Source: Candidatus Kaelpia aquatica
GTDB lineage: Bacteria; Omnitrophota; Gorgyraeia; Kaelpiales; Kaelpiaceae
Assembly (NCBI GenBank): GCA_030765335.1
Contig: JAVCCU010000009.1
Location: 5,559-69,558, forward strand
Direction: 5' to 3'
DNA length: 64,000 nucleotides
Below, piece after piece: positions 29,817 to 39,306 of this stretch (within the stretch, counting starts at the first letter, position 1; every line of letters begins with the position of its first letter). Position numbers and translations under genes: made by a program. Below the pieces are notes generated by a model. It searched no databases. It saw nothing but the letters and a program-made list of their open reading frames with translations, and was not told the DNA's origin.

Positions 29817-29906
29817 CTATTTTTCCTTCTTAACTTTATTGGGCTTGCCAGACATCCTCTTTCTTCTGCGTCTACCCTTAAGCCCTCTTGTCAGTTTCTT
29901 ACTCAT
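29817..29906 (-). CDS. Unannotated 29-aa basic peptide MSKKLTRGLKGRRRRKRMSGKPNKVKKEK
   Basis: AGGAGG 5 nt before ATG; stop 2 nt before the suhB start; upstream promoter. Confidence 0.8.
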   Translation of the reverse strand: MSKKLTRGLKGRRRRKRMSGKPNKVKKEK

Positions 29907-29936
29907 CACTGCCTCCTTTTCTTAAAAACATAGAAC

Positions 29937-29965
29937 AATCTAACAACTAAAGGTTAAAAAATCAA
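29937..29965 (-). promoter_or_regulatory. Sigma70-type promoter of the peptide-suhB unit
   Basis: TTGATT-17bp-TAGATT with extended -10 TGn. Confidence 0.55.
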
Positions 29966-30004
29966 CAAGAGTTTTAAAAAAGACTACTATTAATCAATTG
30001 AAAT

Positions 30005-33000
30005 CTAACTTAAGGGGCTCTTGCTTATATCCCTGGAAACCCTCTCTATCTTTAGTTCGCCTCTAGGCTTATTTATGTCATTTGGAATTACAATCTTATT
30101 ATTTACAAGAGATGCTCCTATAACACTCTCCATCGATTGATGGAACAACCAGCCAGCAGCACCAGTATATCCATTCCAGATCATACGTCCAACTTCGAAA
30201 TTAGTAAGAATATCGGCTGGCTGCTTATTAGGCTGACCACCATAGATCTCTATCTTCTCCCCTACAACATGACTAATAGGTGTTATCTTACGCCAGAGCC
30301 TATAGCTAATAGCTCTATACTTATCGGCTTTCTTGTGGTCACCCAATTTATCAAAACGCTCTACAAGAACTCTGGAAGCTCTTATAAGCCACTGCACACC
30401 ATGACAATACATTCCATTTTCACGTACCCCTTCAGGATACCTAGAACTCCTCCCAAGGTAAGGCTTGGTATCCTCATGCAATGCCGGCCAACCAAGCAAA
30501 ACAACATCTTCTTTCTCAAGCACTTCTAATGCAGTATGGAACACTATTAACGACCTTTCTAAATTTACGCCCGACTTAACAGCCCAGGCAGCCGTTAGAG
30601 CATCTATCTCCCATACACCGCTATCTTTTATTCCAATCTCTGTACCGTCATCATGAATAGCACGTAAATATCTATCCTCTCTCCAGGTACCTTCAAGAGC
30701 GTCCTCAAGTTTCTGCATTTTTTTAAGATAGTGTTCTTTGCGATCATGACCCTCTATTTTTTTAATTATAGGAAGCATGTGTCTTAGGATATAGTAGAGG
30801 AAAAACCCAAGCCATACACTCTCGCCCCGTCCTTCGCTTCCTATTTCATCCAGACCGTCATTCCAATCTCCAGTTCTTATTAACGGTATTCCATGTTCTC
30901 CCAATCGTTTTTCTAAAATAAGATCTATAGATCTTAAAGCATGCTTATAAACAGATTCTGCTTTTGTTGAACGATGATAGATGTGGCCCCAACCTGTTTT
31001 ATTGTGCGGCAAATCGGCAAACGGAAACTCTGACCATACATATGATGCCGTCTCATCTAATAACGAGTAATCACCGGTAGTCCTAACATACTCCACGATA
31101 GCCCAAGAGAGCCAGAGCGGGTTGTCTGAAGCATGGGAACGACAAGCAAAAGCAGTCCTACCATCAAGCTGAGTAAAGAACCAGTGGTATACATCTCCTT
31201 CAAAGAATTGATGAGAAGCATGGATAATAATCTGCTTTCTAGCTAACGCAGGGTCTACCCAGATAAGATTCACAGAGTCTTGAAGCTGATCCCTAAAACC
31301 AAAGGCTCCGCTTGTCTGATAAAAACCTCTCCGAGCCCAGATTCTCTCTGCTAAGGCCTGATATTTAAGCCAGTTTTGGTAGTGATCAAACTCGGTTTGA
31401 TTTGTCTTAACTTCTACCGTTCCTACAAAATTCAACCACCAGTTACGTGTATTATCAAGGCTCTTATTAACATAATCCAAGCTTTTGTATTTTTTGGCTA
31501 ACCTAAGCGCCTCCTCTCTCTCATCTGTCTGACCAAGGACAAATGCAATCGTACAATCTCCGCCTGCAGGAATATCCAAGGTACTTAAAAAAGCGGCTAT
31601 CTGCCTATCGTCGCAAAGCTGAGTATTATCAGCTGTACCCTTCTCTACCATAAATGGACGGGTTACACCTCTACCCGAACCAAAAAACCTTCCTCTCTTT
31701 GTCTCCACACTCTCAGAAGAGATTGAACTTGAAACAAAAGCCCAGCCTTTACGGAACATATTACGCGGGTTATGGAATAGGAGAACATTATTATCTTTAT
31801 CATGATTTACCAATAACTCACCTGAGCGTTCAGGCATAAATTCAAGCACCATCTGGAAATAAGGAGCAATACGAAATCTCTTTCTACGGCCACTGTTGTT
31901 TTTTATTTTTAAAAGATATACACCTAGAGGGTCATCTGGCGGCACAAATACAGTAAGCTCGGTTGAAATATTCTTTCCTTTCATATGAAACACCGCGCTA
32001 CCGTCAACGCTGAACTCAGATGTGTTCTTAACACTATTATCGTTAAGCGGAAAATAGGTTGGAGAGTACCAGCTGTCTTCATCTATATCATACAGGTATA
32101 TTGCCTCTCCAGGAATCTCTCTTGTAACCGTATCAGGCCAGTCTGGAGTCAGGCGGTTCTGTTGAGAGTTGCCGTTACACGATGTATGAAGACCGCGATT
32201 TGTGACCATTACAGAATGCCCCACAGAGTTAGACATAGCATGATCATAAGGCCTGGGAGTATAAGGAGTGCGGACTAAAATTTTGTTTCCATTATCCACA
32301 TATTCAGAATAAGGCTGTGGTGTTCCGGGAAGAATCTCGCCGTGACCGATAAGCAGCTTCTTCTCTCTCTTGGGTTCATAATTTACAGCAGTCTGCTTAG
32401 GTTTCAACAATCTCTTCACTAGATCAAGAGCGCCACTGCGGCTCTCCTCATATCCAATCATAAGATGTATAGTTTTAGAAGAGTTGGGATCAAGTTCCAC
32501 ATTAAGCATAAGGCTCCCAATTGGATCAAATGTCGGATAGCAGTCAGTATTCTCGGCTTTCATAAAATCTAAAGTCTCAAGCACTCTTGGATGCCAGATG
32601 CTCTGAGCACGACCGATAAAATCCATTCTGGAAAATAGAATACCTTCAGGAGAAACATCTGTTGCTAAAATACCCATAGAGTTAGTACATTTTTGCCAGG
32701 ATAAAAGCGTGTTAAATCCGCTAATATACTCCATCTGAGGAAATAACCGCGCATACTGAGTATGAAACCTATCATGCAATCCTCCGTTAAGAACCCACTC
32801 TAAGTAGGGAACAACTTTCAAACTGCGCTTACTATCTTTAAGATTTTTAATATTTATCTTCCAGATTTCTGCCCTGCTCTCCTGATCAGGTAAAGTTATA
32901 TCAACAGTTGTTTCAATACCATTTGAAGAATTGACAACTTTAAGAGAATCTAGGTTAGTTTTAATCTTAGAAGGCTTAAACTTATCTTCTGGGAAATTAC

Positions 33001-36000
33001 CTACTACAGGCCAATAGCGCTGTGTGGCATCAGTAGAGTCATCAACTAAATACAGGATCCTACCGCAGGGATCTATGAGATCATAGGACCGCCTGGTAAT
33101 ATCATATTCCGGAGGATAGACGCTGCTCTTTTTGTGGTCAACCTGACTATATATCTCCCCATTCTCCTTAAGAAATGTCCTATATCCAATCTTATTAGCC
33201 AGATGATAAGTTTTTACAAATTTCTTTCTTGAACGCCGCCTGAAAGAACGAATTAAAAACGATATTCCGCTAAAAATAAAAATGGCAATAAAGAACATCA
33301 GCAGTACTTGAAACAAAGCAATATTTTCTAAGAAAGCAAAGAAATTACCTCCAGCAGAATCACGCATAGCTATTGATTTACTCCAAGCATAATTCCACTC
33401 CTGGCCTCTTGGAATATAAAACGGAATTAAAAGAGGCCCCCAAGTACAAAACCTTTTGACCGCTTCTGGGATATAGCGCTGAGCTGTATCCATTTTAATA
33501 AACCGCGCAACTTTATCATCGAGCTTATCTAACCCTATAAAACTTAAGTTGACCAACGTTGCAACACGCAGCCCCATATGATCCATCCAGATAAGAACTC
33601 GAAAGAAATCAAAAGCAAGTACATATACAAAAAGATTGAGACTCCACTGCCTAAACGCCTGATCTGACATCGTTAAATTGTGGTATATAGCAGAGAGTGT
33701 GCGTATAGCTCCATCTTGGTTATACCATGTTGGGTCCGGCATCATCCGCAAGAAGGTAAATATAATTGGCGACATCCATAAACCCCAACGCAGAACATAT
33801 ATCATATGCTCTACAAGCTGAGAGAGACCTTCTCTTGAGAAGAAAAACTTAATCGGCGCTTTATGTTTTTCAAAAAAAGCAAGGAGGAAGACCTTATTGA
33901 TCGCAAACAACCAAGCGGCTACAGCCCAGTTTATAACTCCGGCAAGCGATTCATCAAACAGCAGCCTAACTCCGCCGCTATAGCTTCCCAAATCTATCCG
34001 CCCCCACTTATTGACTAAAGGATATGTAATATATTCAGCGGCTTTAAACCCTGAGCTTGTATATAACTTAAACTTCTCTATAACAACAGGGACCTGTAAA
34101 GCATCGAGATAAAAAGCTAACGCACTACCGATAAAAGCACCTAGGATAGCATCGACAAAATACCGTCTCCAGGATTGAATTCGCCCCTGAGATTTAAACT
34201 TATAGGAAACATCCCTTAAAATGCTTATCCCTGCAGAGCAGAAAACACCGAGAACTGCACCGAATAGAACCCTATTTGACATATCCCAGTCAATGAAATC
34301 ATTGCTTAAAGCATAGGCAACTCCTGCTCCTAGAATAACTCCTCTGGCATAAAGCACATGGTCACGATAGTTATAGCGTGCTCTCTGGAAAAAAGGCAGG
34401 CTACCATCAAAGGTCTCTATAATGGTTTTAAATAGCGGTAGAGTCAGAGCCCCGATAAAAATCCCTAAAAGAAGAGGGATCTTTTCTGCCGCTAGTTGTA
34501 ATAAATTAAAATCCAGGAGCAGATAAACTGAATATATAAACCCCATTAGAAGAGCGCTGTAAGCCATGCCCTTTTTTACGCCTGTCTTTACATGTTCAGT
34601 CACGCTTTCCCATGAAGGAGCTATCCTGCGTCCATAATCAAGAGCCATTCCCGTTAAGAAATAGATTACTCCCCAGAGTCCTGCAAAAGAAAACATACTA
34701 GTCAATATAATCACAGGGATCTTAACCGCTTCAGGTAGAGACCCGACTTTAGCAGTAGAGCCTAAGTTCGCAATTATAGGTGCAATAACAACGCCGATAG
34801 AGATAAACAAAATGAAAATATGGAGCTTACGTTTTTTAAGCAGCTCTCTCTTTATAACCAGACTAAAACCATTGGCAGCAGCCTCATTAAATCCAAACAC
34901 AATAACGACCCTGCCTAAGTATTCTAAAAACACTTCAAATGAAGACAAAATACCCAAGGTGAAAATATCACCTAACTGCCTAAGAAGTATTGGTGTCTGC
35001 AAAACCATTAACCAGTTAAGAAGATAGGGCGTTAAGATGATAGAGAATCCTGTAAGAGCCCTGACATGCTTGCCATTAATCGTTAAAGAACGCGCATTGG
35101 ATACCTGATAAATCAAAAAGATAATAACTGCAATATATTTATTCAGCATCAAAATCTGACCAAAATTAGAAGGGGCAAATAAAATACCGAGCCTGCTCGA
35201 AGAAGCAGCCAAAAGCCCAACAATTAAAACATTCTTAAATGCCTGGAGAGGAGTAAGATGCCTGCCTGTAATTGTAAATTTAAGTAGCCCTGCAATAACT
35301 GCACCCGCTAAACCCAGACAGAGAAACTCCCAGCTAAAACCCTTGTTCAATGGGCATATTGTACCAAGGTAACATATCCCAAAAGCAACAGCAGTTATTA
35401 ATGTAAATGTTAATCCATAAAGCAAATCTCTTTTTAACCTAGTAAGAATAGAGACGCTTAAAAGATCGGCCTTAATCTTAGACCCTGCATGCTTCTCTTT
35501 AGACCTCCTCCTCAAAAGCTTAATTGCTAAATTAGTAAAAAAACCTATAAAGATACTTAGTAGGAGAACTAAAGCTAACCTAAAGAAAATATAATTTTTA
35601 TGCAAAAAGCTCTGCTTATAAAACTCAACATCGAAGTATAAAAACCCTTCTAAGGCTTTATCCTCTGAAGCACCTTCGGAGAGAACAGCTTCTTCTGAAC
35701 TAGAGATAGTGGTTATAACAAAACATACTTCCTTAAGATCGCCTATTGTATTCCAAGCAACCTCCGCCCGAAAACAGTTCCAATCATTCTCAAGATCAAG
35801 AGGTATCGACTGCATAGCCCTAGAGCCCTTAATCTCCATCTTTACAGAGACCTCTTCCAGCTGTTTTTTATTAGGCGCCTTAAGGGAGACTCTAACGGCA
35901 TCTACACTATTCTTGTTTAAGCTGACAGGGTAATCTTTTGTCCATAATCCTACGATAGACCCTTGAGGTAGCCAGTATTTAAACCTTAAGATGTCTTTGC

Positions 36001-36223
36001 CTAAGGCTTCGTCAAATACTCTATCTGTTGAACCCAGAGCAATGCCGATATTGAACGTTCCTTTTTGATTCGAATCTAGAATACTAAAAGAGTTGTCAAC
36101 GCTGGAAAATGCTGGCAGAGAGAAGAAGAGTGTTGTTAAAAAAACTGCGATTATTTTTGGACAATAATTACGTTTTCTAAAAATCATCTTTTTTACCATT
36201 ATAACCCTAAATATCTCAAACAA
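30005..36223 (-). CDS. Giant fusion: signal peptide + CBM11-like domain + polytopic membrane domain + GH94 phosphorylase (likely start ATG 36199 or 36187)
   Basis: GH94 motifs GFYQTSGAFGFRDQLQD, GDWNDG, GRGESVWLGFF, GVRENG, YTGAAGW; ~800 aa of alternating hydrophobic helices; N-terminal beta-sandwich. Confidence 0.88.
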   Translation of the reverse strand: MFEIFRVIMVKKMIFRKRNYCPKIIAVFLTTLFFSLPAFSSVDNSFSILDSNQKGTFNIGIALGSTDRVFDEALGKDILRFKYWLPQGSIVGLWTKDYPVSLNKNSVDAVRVSLKAPNKKQLEEVSVKMEIKGSRAMQSIPLDLENDWNCFRAEVAWNTIGDLKEVCFVITTISSSEEAVLSEGASEDKALEGFLYFDVEFYKQSFLHKNYIFFRLALVLLLSIFIGFFTNLAIKLLRRRSKEKHAGSKIKADLLSVSILTRLKRDLLYGLTFTLITAVAFGICYLGTICPLNKGFSWEFLCLGLAGAVIAGLLKFTITGRHLTPLQAFKNVLIVGLLAASSSRLGILFAPSNFGQILMLNKYIAVIIFLIYQVSNARSLTINGKHVRALTGFSIILTPYLLNWLMVLQTPILLRQLGDIFTLGILSSFEVFLEYLGRVVIVFGFNEAAANGFSLVIKRELLKKRKLHIFILFISIGVVIAPIIANLGSTAKVGSLPEAVKIPVIILTSMFSFAGLWGVIYFLTGMALDYGRRIAPSWESVTEHVKTGVKKGMAYSALLMGFIYSVYLLLDFNLLQLAAEKIPLLLGIFIGALTLPLFKTIIETFDGSLPFFQRARYNYRDHVLYARGVILGAGVAYALSNDFIDWDMSNRVLFGAVLGVFCSAGISILRDVSYKFKSQGRIQSWRRYFVDAILGAFIGSALAFYLDALQVPVVIEKFKLYTSSGFKAAEYITYPLVNKWGRIDLGSYSGGVRLLFDESLAGVINWAVAAWLFAINKVFLLAFFEKHKAPIKFFFSREGLSQLVEHMIYVLRWGLWMSPIIFTFLRMMPDPTWYNQDGAIRTLSAIYHNLTMSDQAFRQWSLNLFVYVLAFDFFRVLIWMDHMGLRVATLVNLSFIGLDKLDDKVARFIKMDTAQRYIPEAVKRFCTWGPLLIPFYIPRGQEWNYAWSKSIAMRDSAGGNFFAFLENIALFQVLLMFFIAIFIFSGISFLIRSFRRRSRKKFVKTYHLANKIGYRTFLKENGEIYSQVDHKKSSVYPPEYDITRRSYDLIDPCGRILYLVDDSTDATQRYWPVVGNFPEDKFKPSKIKTNLDSLKVVNSSNGIETTVDITLPDQESRAEIWKINIKNLKDSKRSLKVVPYLEWVLNGGLHDRFHTQYARLFPQMEYISGFNTLLSWQKCTNSMGILATDVSPEGILFSRMDFIGRAQSIWHPRVLETLDFMKAENTDCYPTFDPIGSLMLNVELDPNSSKTIHLMIGYEESRSGALDLVKRLLKPKQTAVNYEPKREKKLLIGHGEILPGTPQPYSEYVDNGNKILVRTPYTPRPYDHAMSNSVGHSVMVTNRGLHTSCNGNSQQNRLTPDWPDTVTREIPGEAIYLYDIDEDSWYSPTYFPLNDNSVKNTSEFSVDGSAVFHMKGKNISTELTVFVPPDDPLGVYLLKIKNNSGRRKRFRIAPYFQMVLEFMPERSGELLVNHDKDNNVLLFHNPRNMFRKGWAFVSSSISSESVETKRGRFFGSGRGVTRPFMVEKGTADNTQLCDDRQIAAFLSTLDIPAGGDCTIAFVLGQTDEREEALRLAKKYKSLDYVNKSLDNTRNWWLNFVGTVEVKTNQTEFDHYQNWLKYQALAERIWARRGFYQTSGAFGFRDQLQDSVNLIWVDPALARKQIIIHASHQFFEGDVYHWFFTQLDGRTAFACRSHASDNPLWLSWAIVEYVRTTGDYSLLDETASYVWSEFPFADLPHNKTGWGHIYHRSTKAESVYKHALRSIDLILEKRLGEHGIPLIRTGDWNDGLDEIGSEGRGESVWLGFFLYYILRHMLPIIKKIEGHDRKEHYLKKMQKLEDALEGTWREDRYLRAIHDDGTEIGIKDSGVWEIDALTAAWAVKSGVNLERSLIVFHTALEVLEKEDVVLLGWPALHEDTKPYLGRSSRYPEGVRENGMYCHGVQWLIRASRVLVERFDKLGDHKKADKYRAISYRLWRKITPISHVVGEKIEIYGGQPNKQPADILTNFEVGRMIWNGYTGAAGWLFHQSMESVIGASLVNNKIVIPNDINKPRGELKIERVSRDISKSPLS

Positions 36224-36289
36224 TTAAAACAATCGGATTCCCGGCAACCCTACGCCCCTATTTTAATCAAAGTTTTATGTAGAGTGCAA

Positions 36290-36318
36290 ATTATATAATA
36301 TGCTTTTAAAAAATGCAA
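36290..36318 (-). promoter_or_regulatory. Sigma70-type promoter of the GH94 fusion
   Basis: TTGCAT-17bp-TATAAT. Confidence 0.65.
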
Positions 36319-36441
36319 CTATAAATACCTGCTTGTCAAGCCAAAGTTAAAATATCCCTTTCTTAGGAAAATCGATTATATCTTTAAGAAGCAAAGGGTG
36401 GGAGAAAGTCTGACATTAACATCTGCTGTTTTAATTAAAGA

Positions 36442-36517
36442 CGGGGACGACGGGAATCGAACCCGCGATCACCAGATCGACAGTCTGGGGTCTTAGGCCA
36501 GGCTAGACGACGTCCCC
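36442..36517 (-). tRNA. tRNA-Asp(GTC)
   Basis: GGGGACG-TC-GTCT...AGAC-C-CCAGA-CTGTCGA-TCTGG...GCGGG-TTCGATT-CCCGT-CGTCCCC-G; G73; no CCA. Confidence 0.95.
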
Positions 36518-36538
36518 GTAAATGAGGTACGAATGCAA

Positions 36539-36567
36539 ATAATAATAGATTTTTTTATATCTGTCAA
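36539..36567 (-). promoter_or_regulatory. Sigma70-type promoter of tRNA-Asp
   Basis: TTGACA-17bp-TATTAT. Confidence 0.7.
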
Positions 36568-36574
36568 CATCTAA

Positions 36575-38266
36575 CTATTTCAGATTATCCAATATCTGAT
36601 CTAAGTTTTCAAGTTCCAGCGAAACTTCCTGACCTCTTTTTCTAAGCTCGAACTTGCCTTCTTTTATATAATTAGAACCTACTACTATTTGATATGGAAT
36701 GCCTATTAAATCTGCATCATTAAATTTATTTCCTGCTCGAATGGTTCTATCATCAAAGATAACCTCTAAGCCAGATTCCTTGAGAAACTTATATATCTCT
36801 TTAGATTTCCGAAATATCTCCTCATCATCTATATTTGTAGCTATAATAATCACCTTATAAGGAGCTAGAGCAGAATTCCATATAATGCCTTTAGCATCAT
36901 TGTTTTGCTCAATAAAAGAAGCTGCTATTCTGTTGATTCCTATCCCATAGCAACCCATGATAATTTCACTGCTCTTCCCTTTACCATCGACAAAGAGAGC
37001 CTCAAGAGGTTTACTATAACGATTCCCGAGTTTAAATATATGTCCTATCTCAATCGCGCTCTGAATCTTTAAGGCCTTACCGCATTCAGGACATAAGTCA
37101 GACTCTTTAACATTTCTGATATCACAAAATTCATCTATTTTAAAATCCTTACCTTCCGATAAGTTTATTAGATGATAATCTTTTTTGTTTGCTCCTGCAG
37201 CAGCACCCGAGATACCTCTAACATCAAAATCAGCAATAATTCTTAACTTTAAGCCTAAAGGACCTGAAAACCCCATATCTGCTCCGGTCTCACTCTTTAT
37301 CTCAGAAGCTGTTGCCATTCTAAGCTCACTAGATTTAAGTTTTTTACGCAGTTTAGCCTCATTAACATCACTCTCACCTCTCACAACAACAGCAATGAAA
37401 CCAGTGTCATATCTATATATTATGGTTTTTAACAGCTTTCCAATAGAAACTCCTAGAGCCCTAGAGACATCAGCAATAGAACTAATGCCCGGAGTATAGA
37501 CCTCTTTAATGGAATCTTCTCGGATCTCTTCTTTTCTAACTACACCCTCTTTTCTCCTTGCAACATCCAGGCTTGCTGCATAATTACAGCCAGAGCACAG
37601 CACAACCCTATCCTCTCCGTATTCAGAAGGAGCCATAAATTCATGAGAGACATCTCCCCCCATTATGCCAGGGTCCGCTTCAACGCTAAGATAATTAAGG
37701 CCGCATCTTTCAAATATATTACAGTAGGCCTGATAGATCTTTTTATAACTATCATCTAAAGACTCCCAGCTAGCATTAAAACTGTAAGCATCTTTCATAA
37801 TAAACTCACAAGTTCTTATTACACCGAATCTAGGCCTAGGTTCATCTCTGAATTTAGTTTGGATCTGGTAAAGTATTAAGGGCAGCTGTCTATAAGACTC
37901 AACCTCTCCTGAGACCAGCCAGGTTATAACCTCTTCATGAGTAGGACCCAGTATCATATTCTTTCCAGCCCTGTTTTTAAACTGAATCATATCTTCACCT
38001 AACGTAGAGAGTCTACCGGTTTTCTGCCAAAGTTCCTCAGGATGTATAGCCGGAAGCAGCAGCTCCTGAGCTCCGGATTTGTCCATCTCCTCTCTCACTA
38101 TAGCTATAACCTTAAGTAAAGTTTTAAAACCTAAAGGAAGGTAAGAGTAGAGCCCTGAAGCTAAGCGTCTTATCATGCCTGACTTAAGCATCAGCTGATG
38201 CGATATAGCCTCCGCATCCTTAGGCACCTCTCTAATTGTCGGCAAAAAACATTCTGAAAATTTCAT
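36575..38266 (-). CDS. proS: Proline--tRNA ligase (bacterial type with editing domain)
   Basis: SHQLM, GPTHEE, KFRDEPRPRFG, EIGHIFKLG, MGCYGIG. Confidence 0.98.
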   Translation of the reverse strand: MKFSECFLPTIREVPKDAEAISHQLMLKSGMIRRLASGLYSYLPLGFKTLLKVIAIVREEMDKSGAQELLLPAIHPEELWQKTGRLSTLGEDMIQFKNRAGKNMILGPTHEEVITWLVSGEVESYRQLPLILYQIQTKFRDEPRPRFGVIRTCEFIMKDAYSFNASWESLDDSYKKIYQAYCNIFERCGLNYLSVEADPGIMGGDVSHEFMAPSEYGEDRVVLCSGCNYAASLDVARRKEGVVRKEEIREDSIKEVYTPGISSIADVSRALGVSIGKLLKTIIYRYDTGFIAVVVRGESDVNEAKLRKKLKSSELRMATASEIKSETGADMGFSGPLGLKLRIIADFDVRGISGAAAGANKKDYHLINLSEGKDFKIDEFCDIRNVKESDLCPECGKALKIQSAIEIGHIFKLGNRYSKPLEALFVDGKGKSSEIIMGCYGIGINRIAASFIEQNNDAKGIIWNSALAPYKVIIIATNIDDEEIFRKSKEIYKFLKESGLEVIFDDRTIRAGNKFNDADLIGIPYQIVVGSNYIKEGKFELRKRGQEVSLELENLDQILDNLK

Positions 38267-39306
38267 ATCATTTCCCTTACTTCCTGAACCAGAACAGTTA
38301 TCAAATCAGCTTTATCCAATCTTTTGATCTGCTTCCCTTTTTTAAATAGAATAGCACAGTTTACTCCTCCTGCAATACCTATATCAGCACCCTTAGCTTC
38401 GCCTGGGCCATTGACTTCACAGCCCATAACAGCAACTTTTAGCCCCTTCTCTGTCTTTATCTTGATCAGCTCTTCTTTTGCCTTATTAGCCAAATCCAAT
38501 ATATCAATTTGAGCCCTTCCGCACCCAGGACAAGATATAACTTCAATCCCAAACTTACGAAGCCCTAAAGCAGAGAGTATCTCTTTTGCGATTTCAACTT
38601 CACGAAAAGTTGAATCAGTAAGAGAGACCCTAATGGTGTCGCCTACTCCTTGCATAAGAAGAGCCCCGATGCCAATACTAGATTTAACAATCGCAGATAC
38701 TCCCGCCCCTGTTGCAGTAACACCAATATGCAGCGGGTAATCAAACAGAGAGGCCGTCTTCAAATTAGCCAGGTAAGTCTCCATGGCAGTATCAGCTTTA
38801 AGGGATAGAAAGATGTCTTTAAAATTTAAACCTTCCATATATTCTAAATACTCCTTAAGCAGCTCTAGCATTGAGTCAACAGAATTATATTTTTTTCTAT
38901 AAGCTTCTGGGACTGAACCGATATTAATTCCCACTCGAATTGGAATATTATTCCTTTTAGCCGACAATACAACTTCTTCTAAGCCCTCTTTTGAGATATT
39001 ACCTGGATTAATCCTCACTGCATCTGCTCCCAGCTCTATAGCTGAAAGAGCAAGCTTAAAATCAAAATGGATATCCATCTCAACAGGAAGAAGGCTCCCC
39101 TTGATAATCTTCTCTATGAACCCAGCCTCGCCTTCTTCTCTGTATGCAACCCTTATAATCTCAGAGCCCGCTTCTTTTAATTGGGCTATCTCATCTATTA
39201 TCTGAGAATACTTATCAGGACTCTTTTTGATCATGGTCTGTATAGAGACTGGATTATCTCCTCCAATCTCAATATTGCCAACCCTGACCACCCTTCTTTT
39301 TCTCAT
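38263..39306 (-). CDS. ispG: HMBPP synthase
   Basis: RINPGNI, PLHIGVT, GDTIRVSL, SCPGCGR, MGCEVNGPGEA. Confidence 0.97.
   Translation of the reverse strand: MRKRRVVRVGNIEIGGDNPVSIQTMIKKSPDKYSQIIDEIAQLKEAGSEIIRVAYREEGEAGFIEKIIKGSLLPVEMDIHFDFKLALSAIELGADAVRINPGNISKEGLEEVVLSAKRNNIPIRVGINIGSVPEAYRKKYNSVDSMLELLKEYLEYMEGLNFKDIFLSLKADTAMETYLANLKTASLFDYPLHIGVTATGAGVSAIVKSSIGIGALLMQGVGDTIRVSLTDSTFREVEIAKEILSALGLRKFGIEVISCPGCGRAQIDILDLANKAKEELIKIKTEKGLKVAVMGCEVNGPGEAKGADIGIAGGVNCAILFKKGKQIKRLDKADLITVLVQEVREMI

Noticed and set aside
32292-32300. Perfect DnaA box TTATCCACA (plus a near match around 15820)
   Set aside because: Isolated, inside a CDS, no cluster or origin-linked genes.
36225-36285. GC-rich stretch in the GH94 leader (GGGGCGTAGGGTTGCCGGG) resembling the 3' end of a c-di-GMP-I riboswitch
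   Set aside because: The GGCAAA/GAAA tetraloop/GACGCAAA core is absent and I find no convincing P1/P2 pairing.
29966-36441. GH94 gene as an island integrated at tRNA-Asp
   Set aside because: No integrase and no duplicated tRNA 3' end found at the far boundary.
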